A stretch of 64,000 bases of DNA from Bacteroidales bacterium (lineage in GTDB: Bacteria > Bacteroidota > Bacteroidia > Bacteroidales > UBA932). This document shows positions 19,291 through 28,306 of the stretch, piece by piece. The stretch is from NCBI GenBank assembly GCA_022508605.1, contig JAFLUX010000002.1, positions 5,230-69,229 of the forward strand, in the 5' to 3' direction. The notes under the pieces were generated by a model. It was not told the DNA's origin. It saw only the letters and a list, made by a program, of their open reading frames with translations, and ran no database searches. How positions within the stretch are numbered: position 1 is the first letter of the stretch; every line of letters begins with the position of its first letter. Made by a program: the position numbers and the translations under genes.

Positions 19291-20169
19291 ATGGCATTCA
19301 GTTTCTTTCAAAAGATAGGCAGGGCCATCGCGGGCCGCTCAAGGGTCGACGATGATACTCTCGACGCCATAGAGGAGGCGCTGATAGAATCCGACATGGG
19401 GGTGGAGACCACCCTGAAGGTGATAGATGCGCTGGAAGAGCGGGTAGACCGTCAGAAGTACATGAATCAGGACGAGTTGCGCTCGATGCTGCGCGAAGAG
19501 ATTGCGGCCCTGATACCGGACTCCGCCCCGCCTGCCATGGACCACAGCCCCTATGTGATTCTCGTCGTGGGCGTGAACGGGGTTGGAAAGACCACCACCA
19601 TAGGCAAGCTGGCGCATTTTTGGACGAAGCAGGGCAAAAAGGTGCTCCTCGGGGCGGCCGACACTTTCCGTGCGGCTGCCGTTTCGCAGCTTGACATATG
19701 GGCCTCCCGTTCGGGGGTAGACATAGTGAAGCAGCAGATGGGTTCGGACCCTGCGGCCGTGGCTTTCGATACCGTCAAGGCCGCCGTCTCGCGCGGTGCC
19801 GACATAGTGCTGATAGACACGGCCGGCCGCCTGCACAACAGGGTCGATCTTATGAACGAGCTTACCAAGATACGCAACTCGGTCTGCAAGGTGTTGCCGA
19901 AAGGCCCTGACGAGGTGCTGCTGGTGCTGGATGCCGGCACGGGGCAGAATGCCTTCGCCCAGGCGAAGGAGTTTGCACGGGCCACCGACATAAGCGGCCT
20001 TGTGGTCACGAAGCTCGACGGCACTGCGAAAGGCGGTGTGGTAGTCGGCGTAAGCGACCGCTTCGGCATACCCGTGCGCTTTATAGGCGTGGGGGAGAAG
20101 ATAGACGACATAAGACCCTTCGACAAGGAGTCGTTCGTTGAGGCATTGTTTAATCCGGAAGATATATGA
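19291..20169 (+). CDS. ftsY: SRP receptor FtsY (minimal NG form)
   Basis: GVNGVGKTTT, DTFRAAA, DTAGRLHN, TKLDGTAKGG. Confidence 0.97.
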   Translation: MAFSFFQKIGRAIAGRSRVDDDTLDAIEEALIESDMGVETTLKVIDALEERVDRQKYMNQDELRSMLREEIAALIPDSAPPAMDHSPYVILVVGVNGVGKTTTIGKLAHFWTKQGKKVLLGAADTFRAAAVSQLDIWASRSGVDIVKQQMGSDPAAVAFDTVKAAVSRGADIVLIDTAGRLHNRVDLMNELTKIRNSVCKVLPKGPDEVLLVLDAGTGQNAFAQAKEFARATDISGLVVTKLDGTAKGGVVVGVSDRFGIPVRFIGVGEKIDDIRPFDKESFVEALFNPEDI

Positions 20170-22640
20170 AAATCAGTTACAGTTGGTTAAAGGATTATCT
20201 TAAATGTGAGCTTACCCCCGCGCAGGTCGCGGAGGCCATGACGTCAATAGGCATTGAGGTGGACGCCGTGGAGGAGAGCGAAGAAATTCCCGGCGGCCTT
20301 GCCGGAGTCGTGGTGGCGAAAGTGCTCGATTGCAGGCCCCACCCCGACAGCGACCATCTTCACATAACGACGGTGGACCACGGAGAGGGAGAACCCCTTA
20401 CGGTCGTGTGCGGCGCTCCGAATGTGGCGGCAGGGCAGAAAGTCCTGTTCGCGCGTATAGGCACCGTGCTGCCCGGTGACTTCAAAATCAAGAAGTCGAA
20501 GATACGCGGGGTAGAGTCCATGGGCATGATATGCGCCGAGGATGAACTGGGCATAGGTGCATCCCACGAGGGAATCATGGTGCTTCCGGACGATGCTGTG
20601 GTGGGCACTCCCGCCAAGGAGTATCTGCATCTGAAGACAGAGGCCGTCATAGAATATGAGATTACCGCGAACCGCGTGGATGCGGCGTCCCACTGGGGAG
20701 TGGCGAGGGATGTGTATGCCTGGTGCGTCCAGAACGGCGTGCCCTGCGAACTTGCGGCCCCGCTCGAGGACTGCATGCCCGGCTGCGACCCTGATTTCAG
20801 CGACCTTGCGGACGACCCCGACGGCGAGGCAGTCCCTGTGGAGGTCGCCGATACGGACGGCGCTCCGCGATACACCGGTCTCACGATACGCGGGGTGAAG
20901 GTGGGACCTTCCCCCGAATGGCTCCAGAAAAGGCTTATGGCCATAGGAAGCCATCCTATCAACAACATAGTGGATATTTCCAACTTCATACTGTTCGGAC
21001 TCGGACAGCCTCTGCACACCTTCGATGCGTCGAAGATTCGCGGTGGAAAGGTCTGCGTGCGCCGGGCCGCGGAGGGTGAGACCATACGGACTCTCGACGG
21101 CATCGACCGCAAGCTCAAGGCCTGCGACATGGTGATTGCCGATGCGGAAGGACCCATGTGCATCGCCGGTGTGTTCGGCGGCGAAGACAGCGGTGTGTCG
21201 GAGGACACTGTGGACGTGTTCCTCGAAAGCGCCTGCTTCGACCCTGCATCCATACGCCGCACGGCAAAGAGCCAGGCTCTCCAGACGGACGCCTCTTTCC
21301 GCTACGAGCGCGGGACCGATCCCGCAATGCCGCTCTATGCGCTCAAATGCGCCGCCATGCTCATAAAGGAATGCGCCGGCGGACGAGTCGTCGGAGGTGT
21401 ATTCGAATGCTGCCCGAAGGCTCCTTCGCGCAGGCAGATAAGTTTGGATTATGACCGCATCAGGCGCTTCATCGGCAAGGAGATAGGCAATTCCGAGATA
21501 GAACGTATACTCGGGGCCCTCGGTTATGGGTTCGAGTCCCGCTCCGGCAGCGGCGCGCTCGTCCTCGCTCCCACGTACATGGTGGATGTGAGCAGGGAGT
21601 GCGATGTGGTGGAAGAAATACTCCGCGTGTACGGGTACAACAATGTCGACATACCCTCCCGCATGAAGATGTCGGTTGCTCCTACACCCTCGCCGGACCC
21701 GGAGGCGGTGCGCAACAACATATCGAATTTCCTGGCGGCCAACGGGTTCACGGAGATAATGAACAACTCCCTGACGAAGAAGGACTATTATTCCGCCCTG
21801 CAGGCCTATCCTGCGTCCGCCTGCGTAGACATAGTAAATCCGCTGAGCCAGGACCTCTGCGTGATGCGCCAGAGCCTGCTTCCCGGCGCCCTCGAATCGG
21901 TGGCGTACAACCTGAACAGGCAGATATCTTCCCTGAAGATGTTTGAATACGGCAATGTGTACCGCAGGACAGAGGGGGGAGACAGCACGAAGCTGGAAGG
22001 CTATGAGGAGCACGGATGCTTCTGCCTTACGCTCACGGGCTCCCAGGACAAGTCGTGGAAATCGGCTCCTCTGCGCAACGACTATTTCCGCCTTAAAGGC
22101 TATGTGGAGCTGCTGCTCAGGCGCTACGGGGCCGACCTCTATCAGCTGTGGACCGAAGCCGCTCCCTCGGACATATATTCCGACGGCATCTGCTGCAAGC
22201 TCCCCGGCAAGGGCAGGCTGCTTCTTAGCATGGGTATAGTCAATCCCGTGCTGTGCCGCAGATTCGGCATCAAACAGCAGGTGGTTGCCGCAGAAATAGT
22301 GTGGCCCGCTTTGCTGGAGCTTGTGGCTCGCGACAAGGTGGCCTTCAAGGAGATGCCGAGATTCCCGGAGGTCCGCAGAGACCTTGCCCTGCTTCTCGAC
22401 GAGGGCGTAAGCTATGCCGACCTGCGTGCCGCTGCCTTCAAGCAGGCCCGTAAACTGCTCCGGCAAGTGACGCTTTTCGATGTGTACCGCGGAGACAAGA
22501 TACCTGCCGGGAAAAAGCAGTATGCCCTCGGATTCGTCATCCAGGACGAGGAAAGGACACTTACCGATCAGGACACCGAACGCTTGATGGACAGGCTCCT
22601 GAATATGTTCCGCAGCGATTTCGGAGCGGAGCTCAGGTGA
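20166..22640 (+). CDS. pheT: Phenylalanyl-tRNA synthetase beta subunit
   Basis: MKISYSWL, HPDSDHL..VCGAPNV, TDASFRYERG, C-terminal FPEVRRDLALLLD (FDX-ACB). Confidence 0.97.
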   Translation: MKISYSWLKDYLKCELTPAQVAEAMTSIGIEVDAVEESEEIPGGLAGVVVAKVLDCRPHPDSDHLHITTVDHGEGEPLTVVCGAPNVAAGQKVLFARIGTVLPGDFKIKKSKIRGVESMGMICAEDELGIGASHEGIMVLPDDAVVGTPAKEYLHLKTEAVIEYEITANRVDAASHWGVARDVYAWCVQNGVPCELAAPLEDCMPGCDPDFSDLADDPDGEAVPVEVADTDGAPRYTGLTIRGVKVGPSPEWLQKRLMAIGSHPINNIVDISNFILFGLGQPLHTFDASKIRGGKVCVRRAAEGETIRTLDGIDRKLKACDMVIADAEGPMCIAGVFGGEDSGVSEDTVDVFLESACFDPASIRRTAKSQALQTDASFRYERGTDPAMPLYALKCAAMLIKECAGGRVVGGVFECCPKAPSRRQISLDYDRIRRFIGKEIGNSEIERILGALGYGFESRSGSGALVLAPTYMVDVSRECDVVEEILRVYGYNNVDIPSRMKMSVAPTPSPDPEAVRNNISNFLAANGFTEIMNNSLTKKDYYSALQAYPASACVDIVNPLSQDLCVMRQSLLPGALESVAYNLNRQISSLKMFEYGNVYRRTEGGDSTKLEGYEEHGCFCLTLTGSQDKSWKSAPLRNDYFRLKGYVELLLRRYGADLYQLWTEAAPSDIYSDGICCKLPGKGRLLLSMGIVNPVLCRRFGIKQQVVAAEIVWPALLELVARDKVAFKEMPRFPEVRRDLALLLDEGVSYADLRAAAFKQARKLLRQVTLFDVYRGDKIPAGKKQYALGFVIQDEERTLTDQDTERLMDRLLNMFRSDFGAELR

Positions 22641-23464
22641 TGGGCGCCCGCAGGGCCATATCGGCTGTTCTGCTTGCCGTCCCCCTGCTGTGCTCGTGCG
22701 GCGGACATCCGCGCATCATTCCCGGAACCGTCCTTACGGACATCTATGCCGAAATGCTGCTTGCGGACCAGTGGCTTGCGGATCACAGCGAGGCCAGGAA
22801 GGCTTCGGACACCACCCTTTTCTATGATCCCATTTTCAGGCGCTACGGGTACACTTATGAAGACTACGATGCCACCGTGCGCCGCTATCTGGAGGATCCT
22901 GAGAAATTCGCAAAGGTGTTCAAGAATGCGTCCATGAAGCTCAAGGACGAAAGGGACAGGTATCGCAGGAAGGTGGAACAGCTTGACGATGTCAGGGAGT
23001 TCAACGCCTCCATAAAGGGATATTCCGCCAAGGATTTCCGCAAGGACACCCTTATGTTGCGTTCGCTCTACAAAGACTCGCTGCTCCGGGCATATGCCAT
23101 GGCAAGGGACTCTCTGCGCCTCGATTCCCTGAAATCAGCGGGCCTGGAATCCGAAGGCCTGAAGCCCGACAGCCTGAGCTCGGAGCTCCTGCGGCTCGAT
23201 ACCCTGAGCGCGGAACCACTGCGGCCCGATGTCCTGAAACGGGATGCCCCGAGACCTGACATCCGACGGCCTGATGCCCCGAAACAAGATTCTTCGGAGC
23301 CTGGCAGCCGAAGGCCTGATGCTTTGAAACGGGATTCTTCGGGACCGGACATACTGAAAGTGGATTCGCTGAAACCAGAACCCCGGCGACCATCCGAAAA
23401 GACTACTGGCGTTAAACGACAAATATTGAACAAAGATGAAATACACAGAGAAATACGGGTATAG
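22637..23464 (+). CDS. DUF4296-like lipoprotein with C-terminal 5-residue repeats
   Basis: Lipobox LCSC; IIP..LTDIYAEMLLADQW..IFRRYGYT..YY-type pattern; start at 22637 (GTG) or 22640 (ATG). Confidence 0.75.
   Translation: MMGARRAISAVLLAVPLLCSCGGHPRIIPGTVLTDIYAEMLLADQWLADHSEARKASDTTLFYDPIFRRYGYTYEDYDATVRRYLEDPEKFAKVFKNASMKLKDERDRYRRKVEQLDDVREFNASIKGYSAKDFRKDTLMLRSLYKDSLLRAYAMARDSLRLDSLKSAGLESEGLKPDSLSSELLRLDTLSAEPLRPDVLKRDAPRPDIRRPDAPKQDSSEPGSRRPDALKRDSSGPDILKVDSLKPEPRRPSEKTTGVKRQILNKDEIHREIRV
23102..23401 (+). repeat. Degenerate 15-bp / pentapeptide tandem repeat, 20 units
   Basis: ARDSL RLDSL KSAGL ESEGL KPDSL SSELL RLDTL SAEPL RPDVL KRDAP RPDIR RPDAP ... KVDSL KPEPR RPSEK. Confidence 0.8.
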
Positions 23465-24326
23465 CCCCGATGAACAGAAGATTGCCGCCGCAGTGGAGGC
23501 TCTTGCATCCAATCTTGGAGATTTGTCCTCTCCGGAAGTGCTGAAAAAATGTTTTTCACTTATGGACCTGACGACCCTCAACTCTAAGGACACTGAGGCG
23601 TCGGTAATGAAATTGGTGGACAAGGTGAATAAGCTGCCGGAGGTGTTCGCCGACTATCCTGCCCCGGCCTCGGTGTGCGTGTATCCCAATTTCGCGTCCG
23701 TCGTAAGGAACGGCCTGAAGGTCCCCGGAGTGCATGTAACGACGGTGTCGAGCTGCTTCCCCTCCGCACAGAGTTTCCTGGAGGTGAAGGTCAGGGAATG
23801 CGAACTTGCCGTGCAGGGAGGAGCGGATGAGATAGACATAGTTCTCGCCCTCAATGCCTTTCTGGCGGGTGATGAGTCCAGGGCGTTCGATGAGATAGTG
23901 GCGATGAAGAATGCCATAGACAAGGCGGCAGCGGCCGAAGGACGGAAGGTCGTGTTGAAAGTGATACTCGAGACCGGCGTGCTCGTGAGCGCCGAGAGTA
24001 TTGCCGAGGCCTCTTTCCTTGCGATGGAGGCCGGTGCGGACTTCATCAAGACATCCACGGGGAAAGTGGAGCTGAACGCCACCCCCGCCGCTGCGATAGT
24101 GATGTGCGAGGCCATAAAGCGCTTTTACGAGGAGAGCGGCCGCAAGGTCGGATTCAAGGCCGCAGGCGGCATATCCACGGCCAAGGATGCGCTGTGCTAC
24201 TATTGCATCGTAAACAACATACTCGGGCCGCAGTGGCTCGACCGCTCCTTGTTCCGCTTCGGCGTGAGCCGTCTCGGAAACAGCCTTGTCAGCGCGATTG
24301 AACAGAAAACGGTCTCGTTTTTCTGA
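23436..24326 (+). CDS. deoC: Deoxyribose-phosphate aldolase
   Basis: MDLTTL, ASVCVYP, GADEIDIV, LKVILETG, GADFIKTSTGK, GFKAAGGI. Confidence 0.95.
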   Translation: MKYTEKYGYSPDEQKIAAAVEALASNLGDLSSPEVLKKCFSLMDLTTLNSKDTEASVMKLVDKVNKLPEVFADYPAPASVCVYPNFASVVRNGLKVPGVHVTTVSSCFPSAQSFLEVKVRECELAVQGGADEIDIVLALNAFLAGDESRAFDEIVAMKNAIDKAAAAEGRKVVLKVILETGVLVSAESIAEASFLAMEAGADFIKTSTGKVELNATPAAAIVMCEAIKRFYEESGRKVGFKAAGGISTAKDALCYYCIVNNILGPQWLDRSLFRFGVSRLGNSLVSAIEQKTVSFF

Positions 24327-24362
24327 TTTCCGGCCTGAACGCCGGGATTTTCAAAGCTCCGA

Positions 24363-24395
24363 AGGGCTTCCCTCATGGCAGGGAGGCCCTTTTTT
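24363..24395 (+). terminator. Intrinsic terminator after deoC
   Basis: GGGCTTCCCT-CATGGC-AGGGAGGCCC followed by a T run. Confidence 0.85.
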
Positions 24396-24477
24396 CAATT
24401 AAGCGTGTCGATACGGATATAAACGGATAAAAACACTCATCTTTGCACTTGGAAACTTTGAACTATAACTGTAAACT

Positions 24478-26055
24478 ATGAAAAACAGATTATTCACATC
24501 CATTTTGGCCGCAGCCGCCCTTTGTGCCTGCAACCATGCGGAAGCGGACCGCCAGGACAATCCCGCCTTGCGGGATGAAGGATTCTCACATGACATGATA
24601 GTTCTCGGCGAGCAGCTTCAGGACCCCTATTCCGTGGTGAATATGACCAAGGCCCTGCATGCGGTATCGCCGTATGCGGCGGAAAAGGGGCCGCTCGGAG
24701 CGACCGACTACTATGTCCGTTTCCTTCCGACAGACGGTGAGCAGATGAAACTGCTGGAGGACAAAGGGCTGCTGCTTATGGATCATCCTCTCGACTACCG
24801 AATAGTCAGAGAAGGGGACTGGTATCATGACCCGGAGGTGCCGGAAGGCGAAATAACATGGCAATATGCCGTGGTGCCTGTGGACTTCGTCTTTCCGGCA
24901 GGGGTGCGCTATGAGAAACTGGATGAGTGCTACATCGCCGACAACGACCCGGCCACACGTTCGGACGGCATAGACTGGGCGGCTGTGGAACGTGAATCCT
25001 ACAGACTTACCGGCAATGCGGATATGCTGGGCACGAGGGCAGGGGAGACAGCCGCTCCGGCGGGCCGGATAAGCATCGTGGATCCTGACTTCAGCGAAGA
25101 GCCGGTGGGCGTGAAGGGCGTGAAAGTGAGCTGCAATTCCTTTGTCAAGTTCGCATCGGCATTCACGGACGAGGACGGCTGCTACAAGATGAACAAGAGC
25201 TTTTCCGGAAATATACGCTACCGCCTGGTTTTCCAGAATGCCAAAGGATTCTGCCAGGGGATGAACCTCATACTGGTGCCTGCATCCGTATCCACTTTCG
25301 GAAAACACTCCTCTGAAGGTTTCAGCACTACGGTGGACCATACTTCCGACAGAAACCTTTTCATACGCTGCGTGGTGAACAATGCCGGCTATGACTACTG
25401 CGCCGAGAGCGCTGCGGCGAAAGGCGAACTTGCCGCCGTGCCGAAAGACTTGAGAATATGGAACTTCCGTTCTATCGACCAGTGCCTCAGCGTGATGATG
25501 CACCAGGGCGTGGTCGTGGAGACCACGGATGCACTGACAGGGCTGCTCGGACAGTACGCTCCGCTGGTGAAGATAATAATGCCCGATGTACTGCTCGGAC
25601 ATTCCGGCTCGGAGAGCTATTCGGAAATCTATGCGGACGCCATGCATGCTTTCGCCGAGGCCGGGCACTATTCCCTTGTCGGAAAAGAGTGGTGGGGGAA
25701 GTTCGTGGGTTTTGCCCTCAACGCTTTCGTATCATCGTCGTTCAGCAATATCTACGGTTCGATAGACGATGCTGACAGCTCCTATTGCGAAGTGGCAGAA
25801 ACCTTTGCCTTCTATTGCCAGAACATACTGTTCCGCAGACACTATCCGGAATCGTCCGCCGTGTTCGGGACCTCGTTCTGGTTCTTTCCGCAGATATTCA
25901 TGTATATGGATGAAAGAGGAATAGGACTTGACAGGATAGCCCCTCTGATGACTTCGGAGGTGGTCGACATGGAAGTCCTGAAATTCAAGCTGCTCAGCTA
26001 TTATCCTCAATACAAGAATACCATAAACGAGGCTTTCATAAGATATGATAAGTAA
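24478..26055 (+). CDS. Conserved hypothetical lipoprotein with degenerate zincin-like C-terminus
   Basis: Lipobox LCAC; N-terminal DPYSVVNM..YYVRFLP..PLDY..YHDP..TWQY pattern recalled from a Bacteroidetes lipoprotein family. Confidence 0.7.
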   Translation: MKNRLFTSILAAAALCACNHAEADRQDNPALRDEGFSHDMIVLGEQLQDPYSVVNMTKALHAVSPYAAEKGPLGATDYYVRFLPTDGEQMKLLEDKGLLLMDHPLDYRIVREGDWYHDPEVPEGEITWQYAVVPVDFVFPAGVRYEKLDECYIADNDPATRSDGIDWAAVERESYRLTGNADMLGTRAGETAAPAGRISIVDPDFSEEPVGVKGVKVSCNSFVKFASAFTDEDGCYKMNKSFSGNIRYRLVFQNAKGFCQGMNLILVPASVSTFGKHSSEGFSTTVDHTSDRNLFIRCVVNNAGYDYCAESAAAKGELAAVPKDLRIWNFRSIDQCLSVMMHQGVVVETTDALTGLLGQYAPLVKIIMPDVLLGHSGSESYSEIYADAMHAFAEAGHYSLVGKEWWGKFVGFALNAFVSSSFSNIYGSIDDADSSYCEVAETFAFYCQNILFRRHYPESSAVFGTSFWFFPQIFMYMDERGIGLDRIAPLMTSEVVDMEVLKFKLLSYYPQYKNTINEAFIRYDK

Positions 26056-26602
26056 TAAGTTAATTATCCTTGCGGCCGCGGGACTGCTTCTGTGCGGCAC
26101 GGTCGGGGCACAGAATTATTCCGTTTCGACGAATGTGCTCGACTATGCGAATCTTGGGACCTTGAATGTGGAAGCGTCCTGCGGTATTGCAAGACAATGG
26201 AGTCTTTGTGCCGGGGTCAAGTACAATCCTTTCTCGTTCGGAGACGGTGAGAAAGAGGTGGCCTTAAGGCAGAGGAGCATCGAGACGGGAGCGCGCTTCT
26301 GGCCCTGGCACATTTTCTCCGGGTGGTGGCTTGGCGCCAAACTCAAGTATCAGGAGTACAGCGAGGGAGGTATCAAAGGCCCGTCTTCCATGGAGGGCGA
26401 CCGCTACGGAGGCGGCCTTTCCGCCGGCTACGCCTTTATGTTGAACACTCACCTGAACCTCGATATCGGTGTCGGACTGTGGGGCGGATATGACAAATGG
26501 AGGACCTATGACTGCATGCGATGCGGCAAGGTCATGGGAACTGGGGATGACATTTTCTTCCGCCCCAATGATATTCTTCTGACTTTGTCGTACATTTTCT
26601 AA
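26045..26602 (+). CDS. DUF3575 outer-membrane beta-barrel protein
   Basis: SVSTNVLDYANLGTLN, YNPF, RFWPW, GYAFML..HLNLDIGVGL, C-terminal Phe. Confidence 0.85.
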   Translation: MISNKLIILAAAGLLLCGTVGAQNYSVSTNVLDYANLGTLNVEASCGIARQWSLCAGVKYNPFSFGDGEKEVALRQRSIETGARFWPWHIFSGWWLGAKLKYQEYSEGGIKGPSSMEGDRYGGGLSAGYAFMLNTHLNLDIGVGLWGGYDKWRTYDCMRCGKVMGTGDDIFFRPNDILLTLSYIF

Positions 26603-26610
26603 AAAAATTG

Positions 26611-26618
26611 TATATTTG
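26611..26618 (+). promoter_or_regulatory. -7 box TATATTTG for tRNA-Leu
   Basis: Exact match 14 nt before the tRNA 5' end. Confidence 0.75.
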
Positions 26619-26632
26619 CAGTCCAAACCGAT

Positions 26633-26715
26633 GCGCGGGTGGCGAAATGGTAGACGCGCTAGTTTCAGGAGCTAGTGGGGTAAAACCTGTGTGAGTTCGA
26701 GTCTCATCTCGCGCA
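26633..26715 (+). tRNA. tRNA-Leu(CAG), CCA not encoded
   Basis: Acceptor GCGCGGG/CTCGCGC+A; D-loop GGTA; anticodon arm CTAGT-TTCAGGA-GCTAG; long variable arm; T arm GTGAG-TTCGAGT-CTCAT. Confidence 0.96.
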
Positions 26716-26717
26716 CG

Positions 26718-26752
26718 AAGGGGCTGACCAAATACCGGTCAAGCCCCTTTTT
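26718..26752 (+). terminator. Terminator after tRNA-Leu
   Basis: GGGGCT-GACC..GGTC-A-AGCCCC followed by TTTTT. Confidence 0.8.
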
Positions 26753-26975
26753 CGTGTCTTTCGGTGTGGTCAAGCTCTACCTTGACATCGAATATTCAAT
26801 TCGGCGGATGAAATCGCTGCAATAGGCTGGTTTTCTTATATTTTTCAGTGTGCCCAGCCTCGGACTTGTCCCCGAATATTCTGGATCAGTTGGACAAAAA
26901 GCAGGATGATTTGCCCATAATTCAGGAATAACTCTAAATGGGTTTAATTATATATCCTCAATTATTCCCATTTTA

Positions 26976-27587
26976 TTAGGAGTGTGTTTCTTCTATCTTA
27001 ATATCACAATTTATAGGAACCCTTATTTTAAGAATCCCGGTGAAGCTATATTTGTCCCCATAATTTCCCCCGATGAAAGTGGCCTCAAAAGGAACGGATA
27101 ATTCGCTAAAAGTCAATACATAGCCATACTTTGTGGTTTCCCAAGGGTCGAAATTTATGGTAAAAGAAGTATTCCCATTCAGGGGATTGAATGATGATGT
27201 TTTTCCAAATACAGTTTTTATTGGATTCGTTTTTGTTTCACTCCATGCATCATTTTCATAATTCGGAACCGGAACTTCACATTCCAAGCCATCTAAAAGT
27301 CTTTCCACTTCCCCCGTTTCAAACTCAGCCTTTCCTTGATCTAAGTAAGGATAAAAGGTCATAGGGATTGTCTGGTCACTGTTATTTTCAAAGCTCTCTT
27401 TGTATTCCGAACTTGAAACATCATTTATTTCTTGTTTGCTGAAATCATACACTATCGAATAGAATTCCAGAGTGTCATAAGGATCGGGATTTGGTTCTTC
27501 ATTGAATCCAGCGTCTTCACTATTACATGAAGTCAGTCCAAATGAAAAACCAAACAAACACAAAATCAAATATTTAATCTTTTTCAT
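26976..27587 (-). CDS. Low-GC hypothetical lipoprotein
   Basis: Lipobox LTSC; visibly AT-rich codons; own -7 box TAATTTTG at 27617-27624 (minus). Confidence 0.8.
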   Translation of the reverse strand: MKKIKYLILCLFGFSFGLTSCNSEDAGFNEEPNPDPYDTLEFYSIVYDFSKQEINDVSSSEYKESFENNSDQTIPMTFYPYLDQGKAEFETGEVERLLDGLECEVPVPNYENDAWSETKTNPIKTVFGKTSSFNPLNGNTSFTINFDPWETTKYGYVLTFSELSVPFEATFIGGNYGDKYSFTGILKIRVPINCDIKIEETHS

Positions 27588-27642
27588 TGTCTATCCTTTC
27601 TTAAATTCTGATTTTACAAAATTAAATATTTCTCCCGGATTC

Positions 27643-27840
27643 TCACAACCGATGCGTACCCGCTCCATTATGTTTCAGGCACCGATTCCGAACAGCTGCC
27701 GTTTTCCCGAATGCAAGCAATGTTTCGAATACATCGTGCATTATGTCCCTGGAAACATTCTCACCACGCAATATCAGAGGCATGGCAAGTCGATACATCG
27801 ACGCGTGTTGTGTCAGTACCAGATTTTTGAGAGAGTGAAT
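27643..27840 (-). pseudogene. Remnant of an ECF sigma-70 factor (region 2)
   Basis: Hand translation: ..QHASMYRLAMPLILRGENVSRDIMHDVFETLLAFGKTAAVRNRCLKH..*, resembling Y.RLA..SRDIV.DVF..L and VRNRCL in Bacteroidales ECF sigmas; no intact start; ends after about 65 codons. Confidence 0.6.
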
Positions 27841-27848
27841 TCAGCCAT

Positions 27849-28286
27849 CTAAAACTCATACAGCTTCAGGCCGGTCTGCTCGTCGAATCTGCGTCCGATG
27901 ACGGCGGCGGGGAAGTGCTCTACGAAAAGCTCGCAGGCCCCGTTGATGCGCGCGCTGAGAAGATGCCCGCCTATGCAGGTGTAGTCCCGGCGCCCGGCTG
28001 TGATGTGTATGTGCAGATACGGCGCCCGGCTGCCGTCATCAGTGCATGATATGTTGCCCGTAAGGTTGGTGATTTCCATCTGTTCCTCGAAACGCTTGTC
28101 GACATACTGTTTGGTGGAAGGGTCGAGGAAGCGGAATACGGCTTCGCTCACCGCACCTATCCCGCTAACGACGCCGGCAAAGATTCCTTTCTCCTTGCAG
28201 AAGGCGCACAGGGCCTCGCAGATTTCCACATGATTGTCGAGACTGAGGACATAGCGTCCGGGGGCTGTTTCTTTATACTTGTACAT
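27849..28286 (-). CDS. PPC/DUF296 domain protein
   Basis: GIGAV, EITNLTGNIS, HIHIT, GGHL..GACE motifs; start at MYKYKE. Confidence 0.9.
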   Translation of the reverse strand: MYKYKETAPGRYVLSLDNHVEICEALCAFCKEKGIFAGVVSGIGAVSEAVFRFLDPSTKQYVDKRFEEQMEITNLTGNISCTDDGSRAPYLHIHITAGRRDYTCIGGHLLSARINGACELFVEHFPAAVIGRRFDEQTGLKLYEF

Positions 28287-28306
28287 ACTTTCCAATTTTT
28301 GATGGG

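Noticed and set aside
20740-20840. Acidic Cys-containing insert in PheT (LEDCMPGCDPDFSDLADDPDG)
   Set aside because: Falls in a variable inter-domain linker; no evidence of an intein or separate domain.
12346-24326. rpiB and deoC as part of the susCD catabolic system
   Set aside because: Both sit in housekeeping operons with no shared regulatory signal; mentioned only as possible downstream metabolism.
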